The notes under the pieces are model-generated. The model did not search any database, was not told where the DNA came from, and saw only the letters and a list, made by a program, of their open reading frames with translations. Made by a program: the position numbers and the translations under genes. This document shows, one piece after another, positions 26,441 through 40,316 of a DNA stretch of 64,000 bases; the first letter of the stretch is position 1; each line of letters opens with the position of its first letter. The DNA is taken from positions 65,846 to 129,845 of the forward strand of contig NMRA01000188.1 in assembly GCA_002633005.1 (NCBI GenBank), given 5' to 3'. Origin of the DNA: Phoronis australis (taxonomy: Eukaryota > Animalia > Phoronida).

Positions 26441-27208
26441 TGCATGGGCTATATGGTGTAATTTGTGTAGACGTTTGTCTGCGTTGCGAGTTTTTATAAA
26501 AATGGGTCAGTTTATAGCCAACTACGGTAAATTCATAAGAGATTGTGTGTAGTGCAACTGAAGTTCATAAAAAGTAAAACTGGACTTCCAAACCGCTTGA
26601 TCTGACTTGACATTTCACATAATACTTCAGGACAATACTTAGTATCCTTTACGCACGGGACCCTTTGTTACATTAGGAGCAGGATTGGTTAATTATGTAC
26701 CCTAGAGGTGGTATAGGACCGGTTGGAGAGTTTTGTTTTTGTCATAAACGTTCGTTTGAAAGGCTAAGTTTGGAAATGTTAGGACTTAAGGCATACATTC
26801 GACATGAAATGAGTGTGTAACGTGCTGTTGAATTGCGGGATAAATTTTGTGTAGAACAGTTGGTTATTACTGGAGTATTATTGTGATCTTTATTTATGTT
26901 AAAGGTTTTACCAGCATTCAATTTATTTGTACACGAATTTATAAATCGGCTAAATCAGTGATCGAAATCGCGACGAAATATGCGCATTCTGCTGAGATAG
27001 TAACTGCCTGATTGGGGCTAGCGAAGATGACTAATTTGATTAATTCGCACGCTAGACTATGACTGAAGTTCCTCTTAAGTACAGTATTTCATGAATCACT
27101 ATCTTTTGAAAGAATTTAGCGGACAATTTTCGTCAAAAAACTACCAGGTAATGTCCATCAAAACGGAGTAAAGAACAATGGATATGTGAGATAGAATTAA
27201 GTCAGTAT

Positions 27209-27364
27209 CACTGCTGTAGTGGTAAAATAAGAGGTAAGTAGGCGCCCAAAGCCCGCCGTGCCACCTTGAGCACTGAACGTAACTTACGGTGGGTAGGCGC
27301 TACGTTCAAATCCCAAAAGGTGGTTGGCTGCGCCTACGTGCGCCTACGCCCCACTACAGCACTG
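27209..27364. mobile_element. Short MITE
   Basis: Termini CACTGCTGTAGTGG and CCACTACAGCACTG with internal GTAGGCGC/GCGCCTAC repeats. The flanks aagtcagtat and taatcagtat are similar. Confidence 0.65.
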
Positions 27365-28039
27365 TAATCAGTATTAGGCTCAGTTACCAGAAGTCCTTAA
27401 AAACATCCATCATCAAAAATGTCTCGAACATATATATAAAGTATTATTTTCATTAATAGGCCTTCATGTGTAATCAAAAAGAGCCACAATATTTAAACTT
27501 AAATGTGGGTTTGAGTTAATCCCCGTCTATTCATATTTGGTTAACTCAAAGCTACATTTGAGTTCTAGCCATAACTTAGTAAAGTTAAAATATCAGTTAA
27601 AACCATTGTTTTCCATCATAACACCACATGGTTATATGCTCAAAATACACAACAAAGGCACTGGACATTTTTTGTTTTTGAAATTCATTTTAAAAAATTG
27701 GTTTTCAGCCAATTTTCTTGAATTTTGTCAATTTTTCACGTATTCATAATGCTAAAAAATAACTGTAACGAGGGTATGGTAATAACACCAGGGTTTTGCA
27801 TTTCTTCAAATAACATACAATGCTTGATTCAAAGCTTTAATTATTCACTTTCACCCAATTTTATATATTACTTGATTAAAATCAACATTTCGCTTTTTTT
27901 CAAAAAAAAAACAAGTGTCACTTTCTCACTTAAGAATCGATAAAACAATGTCTGAGCACTGTAGTTGGGTAACTGATTGAGTTTAATTTTTGGTGACAAA
28001 ACTTTCATGAAAACATGTTTTTCTCACACGTACATTTCT

Positions 28040-30790
28040 AAACTTCATCAAATCGTCATCATCACTATCATCTAAAACAATGTCAGTGGAATCCCTGTTA
28101 TCGCAGTTACAACACCTACACAGATCCGAGTACGGTAGGTTTAAGACAAAACAGTAGCATCGTTTTACTGAGCATTAGCTTGTTTTACATGAGCATATCA
28201 CTGACTTGATGACATTACTCGGTAGTGACTTTGCAGACATCCAAACAATGAATAATGCGTCATCATCAACTTGCCAAACATGGCCATCTGGTGAGGAAAC
28301 ATCCATGAAAGGAGCCAGAGACAAGTGGTGGATCCTCGCTTGGTAGTTGCACAGTTTGATGTTAAAAATTAACGAATCCTGTGTTGGTGGTAAGTTTTGC
28401 TCACATGAAGGTAAAATGCAAAAAAAATATTGTATCTTGCTTCATTGACACTGTGGTAATTCTGGCCATACAATTTGCACAAAAATGATTCCAGAGAAGG
28501 GAGGAGACTTTTGGGCAGCTGGAATTCAGCACCCAGCTCTTGGAACGCTCTCAGAAAATTTGAATTTGACGAAGCCAGCTGCAACGCTTTCTTTTTCCCC
28601 TTACCAAAGAATGCATTAGTGGTGTCACAACTTGTAAGTCATCGCATCACTTTCAGTATCGATTTAAAGGGGTGCTAAATTCACTCTTGAAGATTGAATC
28701 CAAAACCCGTATTGGAACGGCACCCGAGTCAATTTAAATGGATGATAACAGTTACAATCCACTTCCAAAAATTCCCCATTGTGTCATAAAAGGAATTCCC
28801 AGCGTCTGAAGCAGATAGACTTTGTCGTAACTCAGACAAAAATGTTAGTGTGTTAAGAAATATTCAATGGCAAAACCTAGTTTAGTGACCTTTTAAATAG
28901 TTTTTACACTAAAATTTACTGTGTACAAATATTTATTTGGTGCAAGTCGAAGCTATTGTATTATTGTTATTGTTATTGCTAAAGCAGTCACTGACAAATA
29001 ACCAACAAGTTTCTCAATTTTAATTCTATAAAACCAATTAAAAATAGCCTTGCCTGTAAAGACATGCAAGCCAATGAGAGCAGAGCAGACTTCCGATGAC
29101 AAATTCTCAACAGCTTTTTCAATGTCAGTTACTCTGTAGTTACTCTTCGAACCAGTGCTAAAATACAACTTGCATGGGAATTTGTCTTGAAGATAGAAAG
29201 CAATTATTCCCACATCCGTATCTGGGCTTCGAAAAGTGACGCTAACATGTGAATGACTTGCATGAAAAGCATGTAGAAACATTCTGGTGTCAGCTTCTTC
29301 ATGGTCAGAGGCCAGCTCGTCAACATTAGTACATGATGTAACACCATTCTGGAATCCAAGCAAGTAGCACTTTTCCCCATGAGTGAAGCAAATCTCGATG
29401 TCACGTCCAACATTTGAAAAGTCAGCCTGTTGCCACATTTTACAGAAAAATGTAGAAAGGTTGTCCTTGTTGGTACTAGAAGATAAAAACTTCTTCCATT
29501 GTGAGGGTGACTTTTGCTGTGGGTTGAGGATTTTGGGTTCTTGGACATCAGTGTTTGACATGCGTCGCTTTCTCTCTGTGTTCTTTATTTTGATGGGAAA
29601 ATATCGATCCAAAACAAAATCGACTCGAGTAGCTTTGTAGGCATTAGCAAATTCCACAGTTTGTCCAAGAACCGTATCAGCTGATTCACCAAATGTGCTA
29701 GGAACATTCTGCAAACACTGTATCACTGCCATTCCATCTAAGATTAGTGCAGTATCAGTTGGCACTGATTCAACAAGACATGGGTTCGCCTTGGCTTCTA
29801 TGGCGTGGAGTAACATGGCTTTGTTGGTCTTTGTTAATGACCCATCATCAGTTGACAGTGGATATGCTATTGGTCCAACACTTCCTTCAGGTTTACATCC
29901 CTGGACTGGCCAAGAACCCGAAGCCTGGCAAACAGGTTTCGATCCTGTTTTGTCGCCTTTTCTTTTGATGCTGCATTTGTTGCAGGCAATGTCGAAAAAA
30001 CATCTTTGGTCTTTGCTATCAATCTTTTATTGGTATACTCTTGAAGCTGGGCTTCACCAATCTCATGTGCTGGGAGGAGATCTTCTTGAAGTTGTTTTTC
30101 AGCAACAACACCAGAACTAATGCATACCAGGGCACCACAGTACTCAAATGGGTTGACCATGGTTTTGACAGTTTCCATGACTGATGCTACACTGTTTTCT
30201 TCAGCTTTAATTGTTGTAGGATCTGCATATTCAGGAGTCCGAAATTCGCCACCTTGGCCAGCAAACTGATTGCACTGTTGGAAAATAGCTGCTCGTTCAG
30301 GTTGAGCAAGTATCCATCTTTGAACAGCTCCCCTATTGAGTGTCAAACCAGTCCAACCACCTTTTGTTTTCGACTCTCTGTTTACAGTTTGTTCTATTGC
30401 CTGGTCACAAGCTATTGCAGAAAACGGGTACCTGGCTTGTCTCTGCACCGTCCATTTTCCACTGATCATCTCCTCTACTGCTCCAGGGTGAGTGCAGGTC
30501 AGGTTCATCATCTCAAGCCAATAAGCTGGTAGGTATCTTGCATAGTTGACTCGGTCGTATCCAAAAAACCACGGCATCATTAACCGAATACAGGACAAAT
30601 GAAGGGTCCAGTCAGATTCACGAGTGGCCCGTATGAAGGTGAGCATTGTTTGCCCTATGCTAATATAAGACGATCAGAAAGCAAACGTCGGATTAGCTTC
30701 CGATTGTTCTTGAATGAAGGTGTTGTACTTATCAAGGAACATTCGAGATGGCTGACATTCCCTCACATTCATAACTCCACTACAGCCTTT
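28040..30790 (-). pseudogene. Academ (AcademX-type) transposase-XPG nuclease-Cys8 protein, inactivated and 5'-truncated
   Basis: NPTFAF*SSYI..LTFIRATRESDWTLHL...NYARY...DQAIEQTVNR (transposase region); ILDGMAVIQ, HEEADTR, SPDTDV and HVFTG|CDTTNAFFGKGK (XPG/PIN-H3TH); LPPTQD..NYQA; and a terminal Cys cluster. Stops, frameshifts and one intron (about 28632-29053). Possible terminus TAGGCTCAG at 27375. Confidence 0.85.
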
Positions 30791-32529
30791 TAGCAGTGTT
30801 TTGTTTATAGAAAATCCCCAATGTGGGCGCTTGTTCACTACATTCTGAACGAGTAAGCTTGAACAAATCTTTCATTGGTCAATGAAAAATCCTCCCCGTA
30901 TTAACGGTAAATCGTTGGCATTGGTGCACTGGTAAGGGGAAGGCGCAGATGAAGGAACGCAGCCACAGTCAGGGCCTGTGCGAGAGCCAAAGTGTTTCTT
31001 TATTCGTCATCGCCAGTGTATTGCATTGATATGACTTTGAAAGTTTGGCAGAAGATCATTAGGACCCGGGAAAGTTTCCTGCCTTTTCGCAACTGTTGGT
31101 TATATCAAACATTTACAGTATCCGACAACAAACAACGTCATGTATACCTCGAAATTATCGAGATCATCGTAAGATACGGTAAGCCTTAACTCTGAAGAGG
31201 TTACAATGAACTCGCTCATACGGTTAGTAGGTGCCGACGACAATATGCGAGACGCATCGCTGGACGACTTTTCATATACAACCGATTTCATAAACGTACT
31301 TTAAAGTTATACCTGGTTTAAATTGGACTTAGACAAAGTATAATTTAAGACTTGGTCAGACCCAGCTTTTTTGGTCCCTGATTAAAAGTTGTGGAACAGG
31401 GTTACTGCCCCCTCCCCCTGTTCGCACTAAAATGACACGAAAATAAATATCTACATTATGTTGCGGCTAATCGTGAGCATTGTCCTTTCATGTGTAAACG
31501 TGTGTTGGGCACAGAGATTAAAAATGAAAAACGTCCCCTCATGATATCCTAGGCCCCTCGCCGGTTTTCTTTTAAATTTTCACCAATGAGATTTTCTTTC
31601 TGGCCTTCATTTTTAGTAATACCCTTTAACTACATCGCTGCATTTCTCCTATTTGGGCCATTATCACTCCGAGTCTGCTTAGGCTAACTTGATTTGACAC
31701 CAGTTTTCATGTTCTCTTTTTCATTGACTCTTTCTCTGATCAGTTCTAGGAGGGAACATTTTTCCTCGTGACTTTTTTTCTCAAATGTTTGCACTGATCC
31801 TACCACTGTTTGTCATTTATACCCACATTATCAAGGCTTCACAGAAGCACTTCAATAGTTTCTCTGTGTTGGGTTAATCCAGATCGACACAGTAGCGTGG
31901 CTTGGATACTTGAAACCTGTTTTAATAAACCAGCTTCCTAGTCTAACAAAAACAGGCTTTCAAGCATTTAAGCCACGTTGGTGAAATGCAAGTTATGTCA
32001 AAGGTTAGACACTGTTTAGAAAGGTCAGGTTTATATGTAAGTCTTAAACCACCTTGATGAAATCGGCTGGAAATATTTCAATTTCTATTTTCTCAGGTGG
32101 ATTGTTTCTAAGTTTCTGACTTTCTTTCATTATTATTGAATAGTAGATTGTATTAACTTGTATTCTATTTTTACCTTAAAAATTAATCTGGTTATAAACA
32201 AGAAATAAGTTAACTTACCTTGATGAGATAGAGACAAATCAAGAGCAGAATTCGACCAGCGGCTAAGTTTAAACAGTACACATCATGAATGTTTGCACAT
32301 TTTGAAGTATCGGTGGCCACAGACAAAACGTATGACGTAATAGCTAAATCCGTGTTGATTTTGTGTAATTAGCTCGAAATTTTTATTTTTCTTTCAATTT
32401 TCCAATTTTCACATTTCCCGCCATGTGACGCCATGGCTTGAACACAAGAGATCAGTGATTAGCATTGAACAACGGCGGAGAGTAGTCAATTTGAAAGCGA
32501 CAACGATTATGAGCAAGAATTGAACGAAT

Positions 32530-35500
32530 ACCAGTTTTTTCATGTCTTTTTCAAGCTGTCGGCTTTCCAGTATCTTCAGTAGTTCCTCATACTGCTCAAT
32601 ACCTGTGTAAAATTTAGATCACATTAAATGACTGAGAAACCAAAATGACAACTGTACATGCCAAAAATACTCAGACAAACTGACCCGGGATTCCCTGTCT
32701 TGGTGGATGAGCAAACACAAAAATCAAGGCTTCCTGAAAAGCGGATTCACCAACAGTGTGGCAGTAGTGAACAGTTGTTGCCAGTGAGTACAAGGAAACC
32801 GATGCTGCCCAGTGGCTTTCATGAAAAGATACATGCCCAGTTTTAAAAGAAATTTAAACACTCTCTTATTCTATAATGTAACCAATGCAAAGCAACACTA
32901 TTACAGGCAATCAGTTATACCTGGCTTTAACTAGAGTCTTGGTTGCAACTCATTGTGGGCACACTTTGGAAAAAGTGGACTTTCATGAACGTGAATGTCC
33001 ATAAAATGCTTAGATAGACTTCTCCACTTCTCCAACGCCAATTCGCCATTTCCGTCGCTGGACGTGGCACACCATTAGAGATGGTTATTGATAGCCAGGT
33101 CTTTACATCAGGGTACTTCTTCCCCACTACAACCAACTTTTTGTTCAGGCCTAAAATAAAGCAATACTTGGCACTTTATCTGAAAACCGTTGCATATCTC
33201 GTGAACATTAAGCCACGTATCCTTGAAATATAACAGTTTTAAGTTCACGCTTGGCTGTTCTATAGCCTTATACTTCATTGGAGTCTTCCCTTCACAACCA
33301 GTTGATCTGGATTGTTTTCCAATCTCCATCAAAGTACTACTACATCTGTTTCGCGCAAGATAATAGCAAGTAGTATTTTGACAAGAGAAAGGAGCAAAGG
33401 CAAGACTACAGTCAATCAGAAACACTTCGCCTGCCTATTACCTTTGGAAACATGCCAGATGTCAAAAATGATAATCAGGCTTCCAGTGGTCCCTGATCCA
33501 CGCATTAATTTGAGGGTGACGATCTGTGATTATGGTGACTTTTTCTGGTGAAGCCTTCCAAACAACTTATGCTTGCACCTCTTCAACCCCTCCAATTCCA
33601 TATGATAGGAGACCAACCTCATTTCTCTGTAAGCACGAGCATAACAACGTATAATATGTGCCCACATTGATGTTTCAGAAATGACACAGCTACATGAATG
33701 ATTCAATAAGTTCAAGTAGGAAATAAATTTGATATCCTAAAGTTATTTAATTTTAAGCTCAACATGGCAGATAAACAAAATCTTATTCTGCCCCATTTCT
33801 TAACAAAAACAATGTGCTTCATGGCTTGCATTAACAACACACACAGTAGTTAATTTACAACGTAGTAGCACTTTGAAAGTATAAGTGGTATTTGGCTGAA
33901 CTTGAAGAACGTGTTAATTTAGCTTAATAATAGTCAAACATGACGAGCAGAGCATCACTAGAATCAAAGTCCGACACAAACGGTACCAAAAGGAGTAATG
34001 GTGGGTTACTTAGGACAATTTGTTACTTAACATATGAAGGCCAACATTTTTAGTATGCCGTGACATGTGTATCACCTGCACAAGTTCCATTGCTAAGATT
34101 TAGTTGCGCTCAAGGTCCATCATCGTGTAGCTGCCATATTTTGCGGCATGACCAGGGCTAAAATATAACGTGATGGCAATGAGAATCAGTCAGATTATAG
34201 GCATTATTGTATTAAATGACTATCTGAATAAAGATATTCTACTTTCACTGCAGAATACACAACCGTACTATTAATTATTATTATCTTTAAAAACAATGAA
34301 AGAAAATAGATATAAATCACAAAATGAGAAAATAGTACATTCCCAAGATATGTGAAAAAAATATTTTGTCACCTCTAACGACCAGGCTATCATTTGCAGC
34401 ACAGAGCACACACCTTCAAAGCAATCAGCACATTAATATGTACATAACTTCTATCCTAACTCTCACAGAGTTTCTAATTAATATTGCCTTCTTGATATGA
34501 ACAGGAAGTAACCACTGCAGTACTAACCAACAAAATATAGAGAGTAATTACCTGTCACATCTTGCGTCGCCTCCTATGAGTATGTCAGGCGGTTAACTGG
34601 GGAGTAGCTCCTCCTGCTGGTCGTCCCACACTTTTTCTGCCGCATCATGTAGAAATAGGCGCTGGTGTCGAAAGAACGTGTTGGTATGATAACATTTCAT
34701 TCCAAAGGATCTCAGCAGGTTCTGCACCTTCATAATGGAACTGCCGCTAAACAAGGTGGCAGCCGATAGGAGAAGGTTCTCCTCGGGGTAGTCCTGCACA
34801 AATGGATAACCAGGGAAGCTGACACGGGTGCACCTATCTTGAATAACTACCATTGTGCCGATCATTTTTATGACGCATGCAGAAGCCCTGTTCCCAAACA
34901 CCCGGCAAACATCGAACAGCTTCAACAGACAAGTTTCATACACAATTTACTTTCGATGGACATCAGCTGCGATGAAGTCAGTCTTGGGTAATTTACTGAA
35001 AAACATGATGAATGCAATGTTTAAGTAGATTTGTATTTCATAGACGAAATGCTAAAATTAACATGGGCTTCTTCACTGTAAATTATTATAAATACCACAG
35101 AAACCAAGACAGAATAAGTGGCTAACACAAACACTAACCCTCAAACAAAATTTCAATTGTGACTGGTAAAGATCTGCTTATTTTTTAGAAACGCCATTTT
35201 CAGATCCACTTTTTCTATACGAGGCTAACTTGTCATCCCTAAAGTCGCGCATCTAGCGCATGCGCCTATATGCAAAATAAAGTTTTTGCAAGATTTTTGC
35301 AACTGAAATGTTTCACACTGCCAGTGTATCTTAAGCTGGGGCTGAGGTGCATGCCGATGATCTACCCACTACCCGTAGTATCTATATTATATATTTGAAA
35401 AAATGCACTCACTGTGTGGCGAGGCCTTCATCGTAACGTCTCCTCCGACTGGAGTCGAAACACGAGTCCTCAAAGTGGGCACAACATAGAGCGGCCCCGG

Positions 35501-35656
35501 ATCGAATCGCTTCGTCCACGCTGAGGTTCCAACTCTCGTTCGGCGCACGAAGCGATGCCACTTCTGCGCAACTTTGGCGTCCTTCGGAAATTTGAACACC
35601 GAGACGTTCTCCGTCTGGCTCCTTTGGCTGCAGCCTCCGCAAGCACATCTTTTCAT
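32530..35656 (-). pseudogene. Multi-exon Kolobok transposase (THAP plus DDE), inactivated
   Basis: THAP MKRCACGGC..FKFP..W..LCCAHF; NLLLSAATLFSG; GGDARCD|SPGHAAKYGSYTMMD; ITDRHPQI..DIWHVSK|G; NHL.WCA..KWRSL..H..FPKCAH; LEKDMKKL. The pieces are separated by GT-AG introns and carry several stops and frameshifts. Confidence 0.85.
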
Positions 35657-36888
35657 GCGTCTACGAAACTTCTCGACTCTAAATATACGTTGCTTTCACT
35701 TCACTCAATACACTTTGTCTCTGATCAGAACAATATGTCAAACGACTTGTGTTCAACCCTGGTTGGTACCCTACTTGCCTATCCAGCACGCAGGTATCAC
35801 GCAGTGGCACGCGTATTAGCATTGGTTGATGTAACCTCAGCAGTCATTGGTTAGCTTTACAACATCGTGAAAAAATGGCGGACTGCGACCGATTTTTAGC
35901 CTGGTCATGCAAGAGGCGTCGCAGCAACTATTTTGTTTTTGCAGGGATGTTTAATAGCCGCGTGCTTGAAGCACATACGTGTACAATAAACGCATATCTG
36001 GCCGATTTAACAGGTATGTTATTCATACTGTATGAATACAGGACATTATCGTAAACAAAAGCCATCGGCAGTAGAGAAATGCTCTCGGAAAAGGCGCAAT
36101 CACAATTTCTAGGATTCACATTTCCTGAACATGAATTTTTAGCACCAATTTGTCTGTACAACAGACAACATTTACACTTCAGTTCATCGATAATGCCAGT
36201 TTGTTTGCTTAAAACACTGCCTGTTGAGAATTTGACTAGCCCTAGCCAACTAGAAACGCCGGTGTAAAAAAATTACCCGAGGAAAATTAAGTGATACTTG
36301 CGTGCTGGCTACTGACCACCTAGCGGCACGCAGGGAACCAGCGAGAGGTTCAACCTATGCCGTTGAGCATAATTATTATTTTTCTAATTTTTGAGTGTTT
36401 CTTTGTGAGCTGTGCACTTAAGGCACTGAAATCAAGTAAGATATAACAAAATTTATTTTGATGTACTAGAGTCATCTTGTGTATAATTTAAAGTGAATTC
36501 GAACCAGTCAATGACGAATTGCGCACACCCATCCATGGGGCAAAACTTGACAATCGCAAAAACGCAAAAACCAGCATGCCAGCTGCCTTTTCTGATTCCA
36601 ACTTTTTGGTCGCGTCCAGGCATTGTAGATGGGCCCAGGTTTCCTAGCTCCTGTAATACCGTCTGTGAGTTCAAACATGGTCTAACTTAATGTGATCTCT
36701 TGGAAACGTTACTCCCCTGGAAGCGCCATTCTATCCGGGCAAGCTATTACCCTGAAGGGACTTTACGTCGAAGGACCGTTGCTCCGAAGACGTTTCGTCG
36801 ACTCAATTATAAGGTTCTCGTATTTCTGCCGGTGTAGTCCAGATCTTTTTTGGAATTTGGGTGGCTGACTCCCTCGGATTTTCCTCGA

Positions 36889-36953
36889 AATTGGACGACA
36901 ACACAGACAACACAATCAATCTTTGATTGTGTTGTCTGTGTTGTCGCCCAATT
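36889..36953. repeat. Near-perfect inverted repeat (31-bp arms, 3-nt loop)
   Basis: AATTGGACGACAACACAGACAACACAATCAA-TCT-TTGATTGTGTTGTCTGTGTTGTCGCCCAATT, with one mismatch. Confidence 0.95.
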
Positions 36954-38688
36954 ACCCCGTTACTAATATTATTCGAATACTTTGATGTTATTTGTTCCGG
37001 CTTCTGATGCTAAAAACTGGAACTTAAATTTTCTGTCAAAGGTTCCAGAAGGTTCTAGAATTTTCCTGAACTCGACCCTGCCCTCTACCACCAAAGAGGT
37101 CATCTGCAATCGATATAAAGTAATTCAATTTCATTAAATTTCGTCATCCTGCTACACAGCAATTAACCCATATCATTACCGGCCCATCCAGGCAGCTCAT
37201 TACAGTCTTCTGCGTGGGAATTATTGCATGCGGACAAATCAAAAGTCGTTGAAGCAGTGAAAACGTCAATTACATCCCAGTTTGCAACGCATTACACGTA
37301 TGGCTAAGACAGCAGAAGTTCAGGCACCTCCAGGTTTAAAGCTTTCAGGGCTAAAACGTTCCCGTTTAGAAACAGGCTGATTGATGAAACACGTACTGGA
37401 GCTCCAATGTCCAATTTTTCAGACGTGATTTTGAGACCAGAAAAGGACCCCAGATGGCTGTTTTCGAAAACGTGGTGGGTCAACTTGTATAGCTGACCAC
37501 AATGCCCTCATTCGACAGTGGATACTAAAAGTACTGTCAGAGACTGTCTCCGAATTTGAGAGTGATTTTTCATTACCCAGTTCTTAATTTTCGATTAGAT
37601 TTCAGAGATAAAACTTTCCAGCTGGAAACAGGCCAATTGTGGTAACATGTACTGGGGCTTTCTGAAAGAACCCCAACGTCGATTTTTGGAAGTTATTTTG
37701 CGTCCCAAAAAGTCTCCAGGAGGATCTTTTAGAAACAAGTGGTGGGCTCTTTCAGAAACTTGTGTAGCCGACCACAAGGCCTTCATTCAGAAATGGACTT
37801 TGAAGCTGCTCTGAGAGGATGTCTGAGAATGAGATTTGAAAATTCCACCAGCCATTTGTTACTACTACTTGCTCGTAATTTTCATTGACTTTTATCAACC
37901 AATTATTTTACATGATATTTTTGGTGATAAACATTTAAGAATTAACTGAGGACTAGAAGCAACGACTATATTAAAATATCGGTTACTGATGTTAAATATT
38001 ATTCAGACTATCTTTGTCGATAAGCGTAGTCTGGAGACGCTCCCGATTAACTTGAACTATTTTAAAGATCCTTTAAAAACCCAAATTGGAAAATAATGAC
38101 AACTTATCCACGTTCCATAGGTATTATGCATCCGAGTGACAGGCACGCAAATGATTTGAAAAAACGTTGGGCTTTTTTTCCAGAATTTCATGTCCATGGG
38201 GGCTTGTAGATCCTTTATTCTGAAACAGCCCCAACGGGGGCTTTCTCCTGGAGGGGACTCTTTCGGAAATCTTCGGTAACTTGTATGTTGGTGTATAATT
38301 ATCATTAAGAATCGGCACCCGAGCTAGGAAGAAATATCCCGATGACCCATATTTGGCTTGATGTCAAGCTTTGTGGATTTCAGATTTTCTGCGGTAGAAT
38401 TTTTGGAGTGCGCACTTGCTGCGGCACTCATTCTGAGTGCTTGAGTTTGCAGCTGCATGATTGAAGTTCATTGACGAATGTCAATAAGGAAGCGTCCTTT
38501 TTATAAATGTGCTTTAAATCCAGTGCTCATGTTTATTCACAGAGGATTGAGGTAGTTGTGCATACAACAAAAATCACTCGACAGCATTACAGCATTGATT
38601 TTTGTGCACACATACAACTTTTCAATTTACTTAAGAGTCAGTACAACCTTTACCAAGTCACAATTGAACTATCCATTAACCACTTATA

Positions 38689-38694
38689 TTTATT
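38689..38694 (-). promoter_or_regulatory. Candidate polyadenylation signal of the CARNS1-like gene
   Basis: AATAAA on the minus strand about 290 nt after the stop codon. A second one lies at 38532-38537. Confidence 0.35.
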
Positions 38695-38984
38695 GCCATT
38701 ACCGAGTATGCGAATTTATATCTTTTCCCATCACCTGTAAAGCAGTTAATTATTACTAGATATTTAATTTCAAGGCGTTAGAGCTTGACAAATTCACGTT
38801 TACAACACACCCACTATACCAAGTTTGAATTACGCAGCTTCTGTTTGAATCTAGGTGCTGTGCCTCATTCAATTACAGGTATCTCTTATTACAACACATA
38901 ACTTTAACCAATCGTCTCGGGAGAACCCTACCTAGAATTTGTTTGTTCACGACTAAACAACTTCAGTACTTACAAAAAGTTAAT

Positions 38985-39683
38985 TTAAAAGTTCAGCAAT
39001 GCTTCTTCCATGCTCTCGAAGTACTTTGAATCAACGAGAAATTGGCATAATTTAGAGACCGCGTCACGCCTTGATTCGTCTGAAGTCATGGTTACTACTA
39101 GAACTGGGCGCACGTAATTGATGTTATCGTACATCATTTTTGTCACAGTTATCGGTCCTACATCCAACATCCTGACACCGTATTCCTTTGCGTTTAATAG
39201 CATATGCCCGTAAGCTGTTTTCAATTTCTCTCTGCGCCTGACCAAGGTGAAGTAATAAGCAGCCAAGTGTCTTTTGGGCGCAATCTTCATCTCCTGAAGA
39301 GAAAGTTCAACCCCACAGCGGAGTTTTGCATGTATGATCAGAGGATCATTAGTGTAGACTTCTTCAAATAATGTAAACAATCTATTTCCTGCAGGACGTG
39401 GGTTGATTTCAATTAACCTGGGCGACCCGCCACCTTTGATACGTATAAATTCGGCGTTGTAGATACCGTGGCGAAGACCGACAGCCAGACAGCACTGATA
39501 CGAAGCTTCGATCAATTCCTCATGCACTTTCGTTGAAGCGCCGGGAATGATGACTGAAGTGTTCCAAAATTCCGGAAGTGGGGGAGGGCCTCTCTCAACA
39601 ACAAAGCCACCAACAAGTTTTCCTTTCGAAATCGTCACGTCAATTCCATACTTGATACCATCCAGATATTCCATTACGAGTAC
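38985..39683 (-). CDS. Carnosine synthase 1-like ATP-grasp ligase, last coding exon
   Basis: Acceptor tacttcag, then VLVMEYLDG...YQCCLAVGLRHGIYNAEF...SPRLIEINPRPAG. This matches the CARNS1 C-terminal ATP-grasp pattern (MEF.EG...CCLGCGL.DGVFNVE..PRLIEINPR). The frame is open to TAA. Confidence 0.9.
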   Translation of the reverse strand, partial: VLVMEYLDGIKYGIDVTISKGKLVGGFVVERGPPPLPEFWNTSVIIPGASTKVHEELIEASYQCCLAVGLRHGIYNAEFIRIKGGGSPRLIEINPRPAGNRLFTLFEEVYTNDPLIIHAKLRCGVELSLQEMKIAPKRHLAAYYFTLVRRREKLKTAYGHMLLNAKEYGVRMLDVGPITVTKMMYDNINYVRPVLVVTMTSDESRRDAVSKLCQFLVDSKYFESMEEALLNF

Positions 39684-40316
39684 CTGAAGTAAATAGAGAT
39701 CTTAAGTTAACGACTCGGTATTCGTTAGGTGGCGCTAATAAAAAATCACGTTTTTATTAAGGTAAAAATCTGAGTAGTGTTCCTCCAGGGAAAAGCTTAT
39801 TTGATAACGTGCTGCGCTTGACAATATCTGGTGATCTTGTGTTTTGTGAGATTTTTGTGTCCATAGAACGCGATCACGATCAGTGGCACTGAAGGCACCT
39901 GTGTTGTTGTGTGTCTCTTGTGATTCAATGCGAGTACATGTATTTCGTTGAGTATGACTCTCATTCAAAGAAACATCTAGTAAAATTCTATTTTTCTCAT
40001 TATGTTTTAAGTTTGGCCCTACTAAAAAATCAATGAGCTCCACAAAAATTGCCCATCCATTTAGAACTACATGATTCACGAGCAAAAAGGTTTTCAAAAG
40101 ACAGAAAACTCCTTTGTTTACCGAGTCCTCTCGAACTGAGTGACATAAAACTTAGACTATGGCTTAAATGGTACGAGAACTATAAGAAACTTGTTAGCAT
40201 CGAACTGTCTTTCGCTGTTTCTGCCGATAGCTTGCTGTAGTGTATGATTAGAAGTACGTAACTACCTATAAATTTACCACACCATCTAACCTAAAGCACT
40301 GAAAATCACACCTTAC

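Noticed and set aside
32658-32846. Crypton/tyrosine-recombinase fragment (CPVAFMKRYM)
   Set aside because: Only one short motif-like match, within a Kolobok intron; insufficient support.
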